A DNA stretch of 64,000 nt from an uncultured Pseudomonadota bacterium (GTDB lineage: Bacteria > Pseudomonadota > Alphaproteobacteria > UBA9219), in contig CAIXLI010000063.1 in assembly GCA_903920205.1 (NCBI GenBank), positions 7,913 through 71,912 on the forward strand, given 5' to 3'. Made by a program: the position numbers and the translations under genes. How positions within the stretch are numbered: position 1 is the stretch's first letter; each line of letters starts with the position of its first letter. Of the stretch, positions 9,912 to 20,320 are shown piece after piece. The notes under the pieces were generated by a model that was given only the letters and a program-made list of their open reading frames with translations, had not been told where the DNA came from and searched no databases.

Positions 9912-10298
9912 TTAGGAAAAGCTTGTTTTCGTCAGAGCTTCCGCTGGACGTCTGTTGTAGTTCGCGTTGCCGTTCATGCTAAGCCCCAACGTAAGACCAT
10001 AGCCATGACCCGCGTTGCTGTGTCCTGCTTCGGTTGCGGCAAGGCGGAAATAACGCATAACAAAAACGCGGATCGCCGCCGTCAGGGATGTATCTTCCAG
10101 TTTTTGCAGCGATACAGTCGTACATATTTGATGAATGTTAGCTCGTTCACGCAAACAGATTTCGCGTAAGCCATCCCACATTTCCGGCTCAAGCCGAATG
10201 CTGGTGCGGCGGCCGGAAACGACGACGTTTCGGCTGACTAAGGTGCTGCGCGTGTAGGCTTTATCTTCTCCAGGACTAAGCTTTTCAACATTAAACAT
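9912..10298 (-). CDS. ribbon-helix-helix domain protein (alphaproteobacterial RHH family, often misannotated as aryl-sulfate sulfotransferase)
   Basis: GRRTSIRLEPEMWDGLREICLRERANIHQICTTV is the characteristic RHH core of this family. Confidence 0.6.
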   Translation of the reverse strand: MFNVEKLSPGEDKAYTRSTLVSRNVVVSGRRTSIRLEPEMWDGLREICLRERANIHQICTTVSLQKLEDTSLTAAIRVFVMRYFRLAATEAGHSNAGHGYGLTLGLSMNGNANYNRRPAEALTKTSFS

Positions 10299-10413
10299 AT
10301 GAGAGGCCCCATGAAGTTACGCGGCGGTGCATACGGAACGAATGCACCCATAGGTTGCATGCAAACACACGCGCGCAACTAGATCAATAAGTATTTGGTT
10401 AATTATGTTGTTT

Positions 10414-10923
10414 TTATGTCTCGCTTGCGAAACGATCTTCAGCGATTTTATGCTGAATGGCGTCTAGCGCACCCTGCAGAATATAAGCCGCCGCCATTTT
10501 ATCGACCACGGCGTCGCGCCGTTTACGGCTCATATCGTCGGAAATCAAGAATCTTTCGACGGCTGCTGTCGAAAGTCTTTCGTCCCAGAACACAACGGGA
10601 AGATCGGGATCAGGCAAAACATTCTTTTGCGATAAATTGCGGATAAAAGCGCGCGCTGCCTGCGCTGTCGCGCCCTCGGTGCCGTCCATATTTTTAGGCA
10701 AACCGACAACAAATCCGCCGATTTCCCTGTCTCGAAGCAGGGCCACAAGCGCTGCTGCGTCGAGGGGAAATTTTTTACGTGTGATAGCGCCTATCGGTGA
10801 AGCAATGCGTAAATTGGGGTCGGACACGGCGACGCCTATAACCTTGCTGCCGTAATCGAGCCCCAGCAGGCATTGGTTTTTGTGCAAAAGCGCGGGAATT
10901 TCTGACAGGTTGCGAATGATCAT
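10414..10923 (-). CDS. ruvX: Holliday junction resolvase-like protein RuvX/YqgF
   Basis: LLGLDYGSKVIGVAVSD N-terminal RNase H-like motif. 169 aa. Confidence 0.85.
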   Translation of the reverse strand: MIIRNLSEIPALLHKNQCLLGLDYGSKVIGVAVSDPNLRIASPIGAITRKKFPLDAAALVALLRDREIGGFVVGLPKNMDGTEGATAQAARAFIRNLSQKNVLPDPDLPVVFWDERLSTAAVERFLISDDMSRKRRDAVVDKMAAAYILQGALDAIQHKIAEDRFASET

Positions 10924-11097
10924 GTTGGATGATAGTGATAGACACGTTTTCTTGAAAACCTAAAAATTCTTCGCCGCAAGGTACAGAGAACTAAAGTCGA
11001 TCAACCCGCTGCAGCCAAGAGATATTGAGAGTTTTCGCGTTGACGTAGTATAAAGTGTTTCCACTCTTTCAGCAAAGCAAAGTTCCGAAAGAAGCCT

Positions 11098-11385
11098 ATG
11101 ACCATAGATCAAAAAATCGTCGCTAAAATCGCCCATCTCGCGCGCTTGAAAATTCCTGCTGAAGAGCAAATCCATGTCGCGGGGGAATTGAACAATATCC
11201 TGAACTGGGTCGAGCAATTGAACGAAGTCGATGTCTCCGGCGTCGAGCCTTTGGCCAGCGTCAACGATACCTCGCTGCGTGCTCGCGCCGATGTGGTGAA
11301 TGACGGGGATAGATCTGAAGACATTCTTGCCAACGCACCTGCCAGTACCGCTGATTTCTTTACCGTTCCGAAAGTTGTCGAATAA
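11098..11385 (+). CDS. gatC: Asp/Glu-tRNA amidotransferase subunit C
   Basis: 95 aa with the GatC motif [13 protein letters not shown]. Directly precedes gatA. Confidence 0.9.
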   Translation: MTIDQKIVAKIAHLARLKIPAEEQIHVAGELNNILNWVEQLNEVDVSGVEPLASVNDTSLRARADVVNDGDRSEDILANAPASTADFFTVPKVVE

Positions 11386-12866
11386 TGACCAAGCTTACCG
11401 ATCTGACGATTACCGAGGCTCTGCACGGATTGAACGATAAAAAGTTCAGCGCAGCAGAATTGACAGAAGCGCATATCTCCGCTGTGGAAAAAGCACGGGG
11501 ATTGAACATATTCATCACCGAAACACCGGATGGCGCGCGCCGCCAAGCGCAAGAATCCGATGCGCGGCGCGCAAGCGGCAAGGCGGGCGCATTAGACGGC
11601 ATTCCTCTGGCAATCAAGGATTTGTATTGCACTAAAGGCGTGCGCACGACAGCCGCCAGCAAAATTCTTGGCAATTTCGTGCCGACTTATGAATCAACCG
11701 TCTCGCAAAAACTCTTCGATGCGGGAAGCGTGATGTTGGGCAAGGTCAATCTGGACGAATTCGCCATGGGTTCCGGCGGCGTGACCAGCGCGTTCAATCC
11801 CACCATCAGCCCGTGGTCAGGCAGCGATCCGGCCAATGCCGCACGCAAGCTTGTGCCCGGCGGGTCGAGCAGCGGTTCGGCGGCTTCGGTCGCGGCGCGG
11901 ATTGCTATGGGCGCGACGGGAACGGATACGGGCGGTTCGATCCGCCAGCCTGCCTCGGTTACTGGCATTGTCGGGATCAAGCCGACTTATGGGCGTTGTT
12001 CGCGCTGGGGCATTATCGCTTTCGCTTCGTCGCTTGATCAGGCTGGGCCTATGACGCGCGATGTGGCGGATGCCGCTTTGATGTTGCGCGTGATGGCGGG
12101 GTTTGACGAAAAAGATTCGACCTCTGTCGATGTGCCTGTGCCCGATTATGTTGCGGCGTTGGGCAAGTCGATCAAGGGGTTGAAAGTTGGCCTGCCACGC
12201 GAATACCGCATCGACGGGATTAATCCTGAAGTGGACGCCCTGTGGCACAAAAGCGCCGAGATGCTGCGCGAGGCAGGAGCGGAAGTGGTCGATATTAGCC
12301 TGCCGCATACCAAATACGCTTTGCCTGTTTATTATATCATCGCGCCTGCCGAAGCTTCATCGAATCTGGCGCGGTATGACGGCGTGCGTTTTGGCTTGCG
12401 TGTCGCAGGAGAAAATCTGGACGATATGTATGCCTCGACCCGCTTCGCGGGGTTTGGCAAAGAAGTACGGCGCCGGATTTTGATCGGCACTTATGTGTTG
12501 TCTGCCGGATACTACGATGCCTATTACCGCAAGGCTCAGCGCGTGCGGCGTTTGATCCGCAACGACTTTGTCGAAGCGTTTAAGAAGTGCGATGTCATTC
12601 TGACTCCCGCTTCCCCGGGGACGGCCTTTGCGATTGGCGAAAAGCAAGATGATCCGTTGCAGATGTATCTGGAAGACGTTTTTACGGTCACGCTGAATCT
12701 GGCGGGCTTGCCTGGTATCTGCCTTCCAGTAGGACTGGCGCAGAATGGTTTGCCCATGGGCATGCAGTTGATCGGTCGCGCTTTCGACGAAGAAACACTT
12801 TTCACGGCAGCTTCGGCCCTTGAAAAAGCGGCAAAGTTTACTCACAAACCTCCTTTTACGGCATAA
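11385..12866 (+). CDS. gatA: Asp/Glu-tRNA amidotransferase subunit A
   Basis: Amidase signature [13 protein letters not shown]. 493 aa. Confidence 0.95.
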   Translation: MTKLTDLTITEALHGLNDKKFSAAELTEAHISAVEKARGLNIFITETPDGARRQAQESDARRASGKAGALDGIPLAIKDLYCTKGVRTTAASKILGNFVPTYESTVSQKLFDAGSVMLGKVNLDEFAMGSGGVTSAFNPTISPWSGSDPANAARKLVPGGSSSGSAASVAARIAMGATGTDTGGSIRQPASVTGIVGIKPTYGRCSRWGIIAFASSLDQAGPMTRDVADAALMLRVMAGFDEKDSTSVDVPVPDYVAALGKSIKGLKVGLPREYRIDGINPEVDALWHKSAEMLREAGAEVVDISLPHTKYALPVYYIIAPAEASSNLARYDGVRFGLRVAGENLDDMYASTRFAGFGKEVRRRILIGTYVLSAGYYDAYYRKAQRVRRLIRNDFVEAFKKCDVILTPASPGTAFAIGEKQDDPLQMYLEDVFTVTLNLAGLPGICLPVGLAQNGLPMGMQLIGRAFDEETLFTAASALEKAAKFTHKPPFTA

Positions 12867-12870
12867 GACA

Positions 12871-14322
12871 ATGAGCATTATTCAAGGCACGACCGGCGAA
12901 TGGGAAATGGTGATTGGGCTGGAAGTCCATGCGCAGGTCATTTCCCATTCCAAACTTTTTTCGGGCGCTTCCGCTGTTTTCGGAGCTGCGCCCAACGCGC
13001 AAGTCAGTTTGGTCGACGCGGCTTTTCCGGGCATGCTGCCCGTCATCAACGAAAAATGCGTCGAACAAGCGGTGCGTACGGGGTTGGGGCTTAAGGCGCA
13101 GATCAATCTGACCTCCGTCTTTGATCGCAAGAATTATTTCTACGCCGATTTGCCTGCGGGCTATCAGATCAGCCAGTTCACGCAGCCGATTGTCGGCAAG
13201 GGCGAGATTTTGCTCGATCTGGCGGATGGCTCCTCGCGCACGGTCGGCATTACGCGTCTGCATCTGGAACAAGATGCGGGTAAAAGCATGCATGACCAAA
13301 GCCCGAACGAAACGTTTGTGGATTTGAATCGCTCTGGCGTTGCTTTAATGGAAATCGTTTCCGAACCCGATATGCGGTCGGGGGAAGAAGCGGGCGCGTA
13401 TCTTAAGAAACTTCGCGCCATTTTGCGTTACTTGGGCACTTGCGACGGGAATATGGAAGAAGGCTCCATGCGTTGCGATGTGAATTTGTCAATGCGCCGC
13501 GTGGGCGATCCTGTGCTGGGCACGCGTTGCGAGATCAAGAACGTCAATTCGATCCGTTTTGTGCAACAGGCCATCGAATACGAATCTGTGCGTCAGGTCG
13601 AAGTTTTGGAATCCGGCGGCAAGATCGTGCAGGAAACGCGGCTGTGGGATACCAGCAAAGGCATCACGCGCAGCATGCGGTCGAAAGAAGACGCGCATGA
13701 TTACCGCTATTTCCCCGACCCCGATTTGTTGCCGCTTGTCCTCGACCCCGCTTTTGTGGAAAGCATCAAGGCGACATTGCCGGAATTGCCGGACGAAAAG
13801 AAGGCGCGGTTTATTAGCGATTACGGCTTGAAGCCTTATGACGCTTCGGTGTTGGTTGCGGAAAAACCATCGGCGGATTACTTTGAAAAAGTTGCCAAGG
13901 GTCGTGACGGCAAGCTTGCCGCGAATTGGGTGACGGTCGAATTATTCGGCGCGTTGAACAAACTGGGCAAGACGGTCGAAAACAGCCCCGTTTCCGCCGA
14001 GGCTTTGGGCGAATTGGTCGGACTTATCAGCGATCAAACCATCTCAGGTCGTATTGCCAAGGAAGTGTTTGAAGAAATGCTGGAATCCGGCAAAGCCGCT
14101 GCGCAGATTGTCGAAGAAAAAGGGTTGAAGCAGGTAACGGATACCGTGGCTATTGAACAGGCCATTGACGCTATTCTCGCCGCCAATGCTGATAAAGTCG
14201 CCGAATACAAATCCGGCAAGGATAAGCTGTTTGGCTTCTTCGTCGGGCAGGTGATGAAAACAACAGGCGGCAAGGCCAATCCGGCGATGTTGAATGAGTT
14301 GTTGAAGAAGAAGTTGGCGTAA
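12871..14322 (+). CDS. gatB: Asp/Glu-tRNA amidotransferase subunit B
   Basis: [23 protein letters not shown] start. The true ATG at 12871 lies inside the longer tracked ORF, which begins at 12820 and overlaps gatA. Confidence 0.93.
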   Translation: MSIIQGTTGEWEMVIGLEVHAQVISHSKLFSGASAVFGAAPNAQVSLVDAAFPGMLPVINEKCVEQAVRTGLGLKAQINLTSVFDRKNYFYADLPAGYQISQFTQPIVGKGEILLDLADGSSRTVGITRLHLEQDAGKSMHDQSPNETFVDLNRSGVALMEIVSEPDMRSGEEAGAYLKKLRAILRYLGTCDGNMEEGSMRCDVNLSMRRVGDPVLGTRCEIKNVNSIRFVQQAIEYESVRQVEVLESGGKIVQETRLWDTSKGITRSMRSKEDAHDYRYFPDPDLLPLVLDPAFVESIKATLPELPDEKKARFISDYGLKPYDASVLVAEKPSADYFEKVAKGRDGKLAANWVTVELFGALNKLGKTVENSPVSAEALGELVGLISDQTISGRIAKEVFEEMLESGKAAAQIVEEKGLKQVTDTVAIEQAIDAILAANADKVAEYKSGKDKLFGFFVGQVMKTTGGKANPAMLNELLKKKLA

Positions 14323-14350
14323 TTTGTTAGGGCGCCCCAACAAACAAGAG

Positions 14351-14496
14351 CGTCATACCGGCGAAAGCCGGTATCCAGATTGAAAACTTTTTCTTCAACG
14401 GCGATAGGGTGGGCCTCTCGTAATGGGAGGAATCTAAATAACGTCACCTTTGGGATATAGATTTCAATCTGGATACCGGCTTTCGCCGGTATGACG
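14351..14496. repeat. 146-bp element bounded by perfect 35-bp inverted repeats (CGTCATACCGGCGAAAGCCGGTATCCAGATTGAAA ... TTTCAATCTGGATACCGGCTTTCGCCGGTATGACG); MITE- or REP-like, or a very long hairpin terminator
   Basis: Arms at 14351-14385 and 14462-14496 are exact reverse complements. Each arm holds a nested hairpin CCGGCGAAAGCCGG. Located between gatB and the cobS-like gene. Confidence 0.6.
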
Positions 14497-14519
14497 ATAA
14501 ACGGAAAGTGTGGGGCTTT

Positions 14520-15491
14520 ATGGCGACATCTGAGAAATCGAGGGCTTCTGAATTCGACATGCCCGACATCAAGCTCTCGGTGCGGGATGTTTTTGAGATT
14601 GAATGCGATTGGCAGGTTCCGGCTTTTTCGCAAGCTTCGGAGCATGTGCCGGAAATCGACAAGGCGTATCGCTTTGATCCTGACACGACGTTGGCGATCT
14701 TGGCGGGGTTCGCCTTTAATCGGCGGGTTTTGCTTCAGGGGTATCATGGCACGGGGAAATCGACGCATATCGAACAGGTCGCGGCGCGGCTCAACTGGCC
14801 TTGCATTCGCGTCAATCTGGACAGTCATATCAGCCGCATCGATTTGATCGGCAAAGACGCCATCGTTTTGAAAGACGGCAAGCAGATTACGGAATATCAC
14901 GAGGGCATGTTGCCTTGGGCGTTGCAACGCGCTTGCGCTTTGGTGTTCGATGAATATGACGCAGGCCGCCCCGATGTGATGTTTGTTATCCAGCGCGTAT
15001 TGGAAGTCGAAGGGAAGCTGACTCTGCTCGATCAAAACCGCGTTATTCAGCCGCATGCCGGATTCCGGCTGTTCGCTACCGCTAATACTATCGGCCTTGG
15101 GGACACCACGGGGCTTTATCACGGAACACACGCGCTCAATCAGGGGCAGCTTGATCGGTGGAATATCGTGGCGACGCTGAATTATCTTCCCGCCGAGGAA
15201 GAAGAGGCGATTGTCGCCGCCAAGGTTCCGTCCTTCGCCGTGTCCGATAAAAAGGAGGCGCTACGCGGTATGGTCGCGCTTGCCAATCTCACGCGGCAAA
15301 GCTTTATGCAAGGCGATATTTCCACAGTCATGTCGCCGCGTACGGTGATTACATGGGCAGAAAACACGGAAATTTTCGGCGATCTTGCGGCGGCTTTCCG
15401 GCTCAGCTTCCTCAATAAATGCGATGAATCCGAACGCGCTGCCGTGGGTGAACTTTATCAACGCTGTATGGGGGCGGAAGTGTCGGCATGA
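14520..15491 (+). CDS. cobS: CobS-like AAA+ ATPase (MoxR/cobaltochelatase CobS family)
   Basis: Walker A GYHGTGKST and an AAA+ core. An alphaproteobacterial CobS homologue of about 325 aa. Start ATG at 14520 gives MATSEKS; an upstream GTG at 14508 is also possible. Confidence 0.8.
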   Translation: MATSEKSRASEFDMPDIKLSVRDVFEIECDWQVPAFSQASEHVPEIDKAYRFDPDTTLAILAGFAFNRRVLLQGYHGTGKSTHIEQVAARLNWPCIRVNLDSHISRIDLIGKDAIVLKDGKQITEYHEGMLPWALQRACALVFDEYDAGRPDVMFVIQRVLEVEGKLTLLDQNRVIQPHAGFRLFATANTIGLGDTTGLYHGTHALNQGQLDRWNIVATLNYLPAEEEEAIVAAKVPSFAVSDKKEALRGMVALANLTRQSFMQGDISTVMSPRTVITWAENTEIFGDLAAAFRLSFLNKCDESERAAVGELYQRCMGAEVSA

Positions 15492-16120
15492 AGTCTGCGA
15501 ATGTCGATGAGTTTTTCCGTCGTCTTGCCGCCGCTGATCCTGCGCCGAAAACAGAGCTGAATTATCTTAACGCCTACACGCTTCTGGTCGCCGTGGTTTT
15601 GTCGGCGCAGGCGACGGATGTCGGCGTGAACAAAGCTACAACTGCTTTATTCAAGAAAGTCAAAACGCCACAAGCGATGGTGATGTTGGGCGAGGAGGGG
15701 CTTAAAAGCTACGTTAAAACAATCGGCTTGTTTAACGCTAAGGCTAAAAACATCGTCGCGCTATCGCATATTCTTGTGGAGAAATTCAGCGGCAAAGTTC
15801 CGTCCACGCGTGAGGAGTTGCAAAGCCTTCCGGGTGTGGGGCGCAAGACGGCGAATGTTGTTTTGAATGTGGTTTTTGGTCAACCGACTTTGGCGGTTGA
15901 TACCCATGTCTTCCGCGTCGCCAATCGCACAGGGTTGGCGCAGGGGAAAACGCCGGAACAAATTGAAGAAAAACTTTTGCGCGTTATTCCAAAAAAATAT
16001 ATGCGTCACGCGCATCATTGGTTGATCTTGCATGGACGGTATGTTTGCAAGGCACGGGTTCCTCTTTGTCCCGAATGCCCTGTGCGCGATTTATGTTCGT
16101 ATCGGAGCAAGACGCGTTAA
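15488..16120 (+). CDS. nth: endonuclease III
   Basis: HhH-GPD fold and C-terminal 4Fe-4S cluster motif CxxxxxxCxxCxxxxxC (CKARVPLCPECPVRDLC). Overlaps the cobS stop by 4 bp. Confidence 0.9.
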   Translation: MKSANVDEFFRRLAAADPAPKTELNYLNAYTLLVAVVLSAQATDVGVNKATTALFKKVKTPQAMVMLGEEGLKSYVKTIGLFNAKAKNIVALSHILVEKFSGKVPSTREELQSLPGVGRKTANVVLNVVFGQPTLAVDTHVFRVANRTGLAQGKTPEQIEEKLLRVIPKKYMRHAHHWLILHGRYVCKARVPLCPECPVRDLCSYRSKTR

Positions 16121-17286
16121 ACAATCGCGCCGTTTTCAACTTGAAACATTTGCGCGTGAGGTGCGAGATGCGCAAAAGATTCGCGGTCGGTGCCGGTAAA
16201 CCACGCTTGTGCGCCAAGGGCGCGGATTTCGTCGAACAAAGAGGCGCGGCGAAAATCGTCCAGATGCGCCGCGATATCGTCCAGCAAAAACAAAGGCGTC
16301 ACGCGCCTTTGTTCCGTTAGAAGCCGCACATAGGCCAGCATTAAGGCGATAAGCAACGATTTTTGTTCGCCCGTCGAGCAAAGATCGGCGGGGCAATTTT
16401 TGGCGCGGTGAACGACGCGCAAGTCGCTGCGATGCGCGCCTGTGGCGCAGGTGCCGTGGGCGGCGTCTGAACTGCGGCAGCGGGCAAAGGCTTCGCGCAA
16501 CGCGTCTTCGACCAGTAAAGCGGGTTTGTCTTTCAGCATATCTTCCGCCGCGCCGCGCACTTCGATCTCGGCACGGGGGAAAACATCGCCGCCTTCGGCA
16601 ATCGCGCTGCGCAAACGTTCGATCATATGACGCCGTGCGGCGGCAATCGCCACGGCGGTTTGCGCCATTTCGTTTTCTAACGCTGACAACCAGACGGAAT
16701 CGATTCCGCCTTCGCGCAACAAACGCAATCTTTCGCGCATCGCTTTTTCATAACGCTGCACGCGGCCTCCATGCGCGGGGTCAAAGCTGTAGACAAGGCG
16801 ATCAAGGAATTTGCGGCGCGTCGATGCCCCTTCCGCAAGCAAGCGATCCATATCGGGCGTAATCCACGCCATGGCGATATGCTCGGCTAAGATATTTTGG
16901 CTTCGAGCCGGTTTGCCGTCGATATGCACTAAACGGCGTTCGCTTTCCGTTTCCTCGGCGGCAGGATCGCGGCCTGTGCCGATGCGCAAAGCGCCGACTT
17001 CCGTGCGCAACTCAATGGCCACCGCCCAAGGTTCCGTCGTCGTGCGATTTTGCAAATCGGACAAGGCGCTGCGGCGCAAGCCTCGTCCGGGCACCAAAAG
17101 GCTGATCGCTTCCACAAGATTGGTTTTACCGCTGCCATTCGTGCCAGTCAGAACAACGGGCGCTCCGCCGACTTGTAAACGCAGGGCATCGTAATTGCGA
17201 AAATGCGCCAGCGTGATCTGAGAGATGGAAAGGGATTCCCCCAAGACGGAATCCTGGAAACTACGGACGGCGCTAGCCTCCGGCAT
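16117..17286 (-). CDS. recF: DNA replication and repair protein RecF
   Basis: Walker A GTNGSGKTNLVEAI and the RecF signature. 389 aa. Confidence 0.9.
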   Translation of the reverse strand: MPEASAVRSFQDSVLGESLSISQITLAHFRNYDALRLQVGGAPVVLTGTNGSGKTNLVEAISLLVPGRGLRRSALSDLQNRTTTEPWAVAIELRTEVGALRIGTGRDPAAEETESERRLVHIDGKPARSQNILAEHIAMAWITPDMDRLLAEGASTRRKFLDRLVYSFDPAHGGRVQRYEKAMRERLRLLREGGIDSVWLSALENEMAQTAVAIAAARRHMIERLRSAIAEGGDVFPRAEIEVRGAAEDMLKDKPALLVEDALREAFARCRSSDAAHGTCATGAHRSDLRVVHRAKNCPADLCSTGEQKSLLIALMLAYVRLLTEQRRVTPLFLLDDIAAHLDDFRRASLFDEIRALGAQAWFTGTDRESFAHLAPHAQMFQVENGAIV

Positions 17287-17743
17287 AATTGATCATTCCC
17301 GTCCAGAAGCGTTCCAGCTTGCGTAGAACCTCGCTGGCTTGGGTCAGCTCTTCGGGCGCAATTTTGGCATTGCCTAAAGCAGCCGCCTGACGTTCAAGGC
17401 TTTCGCCGATGCTTTTGTGCAAAGCCAAGCCCTTGGGCGACAATTTGATCCGCACCGAACGGCGATCATGCGGCGAGCGCTCCTGCATCAAATACTGGTT
17501 TTCGACCATTTTCTTGACGTTATAAGAAACGTTCGAACCCAGATAATAACCCCGTGCGGTCAATTCGCCGACCGTCATTTCGTCGGTGCCGATATTGTGA
17601 AGGATCAGCGCCTGAATGTTGTTGATATCCTGAATGCCAGCGCGGTCGAGGTCGGTTTTGACGACTTCGAGAAAGTGGCGGTGGACTCGTTCGACCAATT
17701 GAACGGCTTCGTAATAGGCGTGGCGCACGGCAAATCCCCTCAA
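17273..17743 (-). CDS. MarR-family transcriptional regulator
   Basis: Winged helix-turn-helix MarR pattern (TVGELTARGYYLGSNVSYNVKKMVENQYL...DRRSVRIKLSPKG). Overlaps the recF start by 14 bp. Confidence 0.75.
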   Translation of the reverse strand: MRGFAVRHAYYEAVQLVERVHRHFLEVVKTDLDRAGIQDINNIQALILHNIGTDEMTVGELTARGYYLGSNVSYNVKKMVENQYLMQERSPHDRRSVRIKLSPKGLALHKSIGESLERQAAALGNAKIAPEELTQASEVLRKLERFWTGMINYAGG

Positions 17744-17882
17744 CGGGAGTGAATGACAACTGATTGTCGCATGTTCAAGATGCGGATACTACCCATTAGT
17801 AGTGAAAAAACGTTAAAAATCAACCCATAGTCGGCGACATGAAAAGAACGCGATTTCTTGGCCATATTTCGAGGTTAACGCC

Positions 17883-18425
17883 TTATCTTATTCTAAAAAC
17901 AAGCGCCAGCCGTGAAAAGCTGGTCTTGCCGCAGGCCGTTTCGGCGGCGGAATCCGCGCCTATGGCAGGGGGCGGATAAATGGCGGACCATGATGTATCT
18001 ATGTCCGACTGGGCGTCTGCCGAAAGAAGACCCAGTTCAGCGGGCTGCCTGCCCAGAAAATATTGAGCGAGCCGACGGCAATCCTGGGAAGGAAGGTAGC
18101 TTTCAATACGCATCGCCATATTGGCAATAGCGATCGTGCGTATGTCTCCTCCCCAAGGGTTTGTGCGGGCGAGGGGCGGCGGCGTTTGCCCCAGCCGCGT
18201 CATATCGGCTAAAATGTCTTCGCCGGAATTGAAAATAAGCGTTCTTTGTTGTCCGGCAAACGAGCGCACAGAATCGACAAGTCCTAAAAGCTGGGAGGTT
18301 GCTCTGACAAAGCGCAAATTCTCAACGACCGCTCCGGCGGACACGGCAAAGGCCCCCAGAATGATAAGTACAACGGGGATACCAATGAAGATGTGAAGAT
18401 GTGATCTGTTTTTGAGTGCAGCCAT
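17883..18425 (-). CDS. hypothetical membrane-anchored protein (N-terminal transmembrane helix, 180 aa)
   Basis: One N-terminal hydrophobic helix IFIGIPVVLIILGAFAVSAGAVV, then a predicted periplasmic domain. No motif recognised. Confidence 0.45.
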   Translation of the reverse strand: MAALKNRSHLHIFIGIPVVLIILGAFAVSAGAVVENLRFVRATSQLLGLVDSVRSFAGQQRTLIFNSGEDILADMTRLGQTPPPLARTNPWGGDIRTIAIANMAMRIESYLPSQDCRRLAQYFLGRQPAELGLLSADAQSDIDTSWSAIYPPPAIGADSAAETACGKTSFSRLALVFRIR

Positions 18426-18706
18426 GACACGAAAAGGTAATTACGTGTATACTCCGCCAACTTGAAAACCCGAGACAATTCCAGACCGCGTCATAGTGAT
18501 AGGCTTAGGTTATTGCAGCGCGGCGGCGAAAAATTGTTTCGGGTTTTCAAGCAGACGAACTATATGAATTTACACAATACTATCAAGGAGTCCATAAGGA
18601 AGGGCGCAAAAGATTGCCGTCGCGGAACAAAGGGTTCTCTTGCGACAATCCTGCACCCTCCGATGGATGTATAAAAAACTGCATTGCACTCTGAAAGTTC
18701 CCTCTT

Positions 18707-19534
18707 ATGCCCGACCTGTCTTATCTGCCCCCTTTGCGCGACGTTATCGCCCGTTATGATTTGCGGACGCGTAAATCATTAGGGCAGCATTTTTTGTGTG
18801 ATTTGAACCTGACACGCTGCATTGCCGAAGCTGCGGGCGATTTATCGGGCTGCGCTGTTTTCGAAATCGGCTCGGGGCCCGGGGGGTTGACCCGCGCTTT
18901 GGTGGAATCGAGCGCTGCTCGCGTCATTGCGGTAGAAAAAGATCCGCGCTGTGTCGCGGCGCTGGAAGACCTCGTCGTGGCGTCGCAGGGAAAACTCCAG
19001 ATTATCGCGGGGGATGCCATAAAAACAGATCTGGCGTCTTTGGCCTCTGCCCCCCGCGCGATTGTTGCTAATCTGCCTTATAATATTGGTACGGAATTGC
19101 TGCTGGGCTGGCTCAGGGAAATCAATGCCTATCAAAGCCTGACCTTGATGTTCCAATCCGAAGTCGTCGACCGTCTTTGTGCTGTTCCGGGCAGCAAGGC
19201 CTATGGGCGTTTGTCGATTATCGCGCAATTTTGCTGCACCGTGCAGCGCGTTCTGGATGTTCCTGCCGCCGCTTTCACCCCGCCGCCCAAAGTCGATTCC
19301 GCCGTCGCGCATCTAACTCCGCGCCCCGACCGTCCCAAGGATGTCGATTTTGCTGTCATGGAAAAAGTCACCGCCTTTGCCTTTGGGCAACGCCGCAAAA
19401 TGCTGCGTTCGAGCCTGAAGCCGTTGGGGGGGGAAGAATTATTGCTTCGTGCTGGTATTGACCCGACCCTACGCGCCGAAACCCTGTCGCTTACGCAGTT
19501 TGAAACGCTGGCGCGGCTTGTATCGCATCCCTGA
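18707..19534 (+). CDS. rsmA: 16S rRNA (adenine1518/1519-N6)-dimethyltransferase RsmA (KsgA)
   Basis: LGQHFLCD and the SAM-binding motif EIGSGPGGLT. Confidence 0.9.
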   Translation: MPDLSYLPPLRDVIARYDLRTRKSLGQHFLCDLNLTRCIAEAAGDLSGCAVFEIGSGPGGLTRALVESSAARVIAVEKDPRCVAALEDLVVASQGKLQIIAGDAIKTDLASLASAPRAIVANLPYNIGTELLLGWLREINAYQSLTLMFQSEVVDRLCAVPGSKAYGRLSIIAQFCCTVQRVLDVPAAAFTPPPKVDSAVAHLTPRPDRPKDVDFAVMEKVTAFAFGQRRKMLRSSLKPLGGEELLLRAGIDPTLRAETLSLTQFETLARLVSHP

Positions 19535-20066
19535 TCTGTCTGGCGTTGTGGAATACGGGGCGGTCGTCGCAGGTGACGATGATATCGGCCTCGGCATACA
19601 CGGGTTCGCGTTCGGACAGAATTTTCGCCAGTTTTTCCTGCGGGTCGCCGCCGCGCAGCATCGGGCGGGTGTCGCGGCGCAAGACGCGTTCTAAAAGAAT
19701 GTTCCGATCAACGTTGATCCATACGGAAAAAGCCTCTTTTTTAATGCGTTCGCGCGTCTGATCGTCCATAAACGCCCCGCCACCCAGAGACAAGACGCAC
19801 GCGCCGCTTGTCAAAAGACGGGCGATAACCAGGCGTTCCATGCGGCGGAATTCGGGCTCGCCATAATCGGCGAAGATCTGCGCGACACTGCACCGCGCCG
19901 CCGCTTCAATTTCCGTGTCGGAATCAAAAAACGGCACCGCGAAAAGTTCCGCCAAGGCGCGTCCCACGCTGGTTTTCCCCGCTCCCATCATGCCGATCAG
20001 AACGACGGGGCGCGTTAAAGAAAAATTTTCGGAAATTGACTTGTTCATGCCATAATTCGCTGTCAA
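19491..20066 (-). CDS. aroK: shikimate kinase
   Basis: Walker A GMMGAGKTSVGRALA. 191 aa. Its 3' end overlaps the rsmA 3' end by 44 bp in a convergent arrangement. Confidence 0.85.
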   Translation of the reverse strand: MTANYGMNKSISENFSLTRPVVLIGMMGAGKTSVGRALAELFAVPFFDSDTEIEAAARCSVAQIFADYGEPEFRRMERLVIARLLTSGACVLSLGGGAFMDDQTRERIKKEAFSVWINVDRNILLERVLRRDTRPMLRGGDPQEKLAKILSEREPVYAEADIIVTCDDRPVFHNARQIRDAIQAAPAFQTA

Positions 20067-20173
20067 AACTAATACATCGACGGTTTGCGGCGTTGATGCT
20101 TTAAACCGGTGATATCCGTGGCCTCTGCCAACGCATACCCTTAACTATATCCTAGAGAAGCAGGAGTCGAATA

Positions 20174-20320
20174 GTGAATTCACAATCCCTTGTTGCCGTT
20201 ATCGTGGGTGTCTTGCTATTAGTTGTAGCGGGCGGGGCTTTGTGGTTATCAAACGCCCGCGTCATGCCGCCTACGCAAAAGACGGAACTGGCTATACCTG
20301 ATGAGCGGATTCCTCGCTAG
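20174..20320 (+). CDS. possible small membrane protein (48 aa, GTG start)
   Basis: GTG preceded by AGGAG. Encodes one transmembrane helix SLVAVIVGVLLLVVAGGALWL. Overlaps the start of the next gene by 20 bp. Speculative. Confidence 0.2.
   Translation: MNSQSLVAVIVGVLLLVVAGGALWLSNARVMPPTQKTELAIPDERIPR

Noticed and set aside
14034-15131. Long antisense ORFs opposite confident genes, for example 14034-15131 minus opposite gatB/cobS, 32441-33313 plus opposite lptD, 35465-36103 plus opposite rhlE, 47765-48922 minus opposite dnaJ, 54606-55628 minus opposite dnaA, and 62711-63955 minus opposite secA.
   Set aside because: Typical GC-rich antisense reading frames. Their translations are low-complexity and Arg/Ala/Gly-rich with no motifs, and the opposite strands encode unmistakable conserved proteins.
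17883-18425. The 180-aa N-terminally anchored protein as DotI/IcmL or a pseudopilin.
   Set aside because: The topology is compatible but there is no sequence motif I could match, and it lacks a prepilin cleavage motif. Kept as hypothetical.
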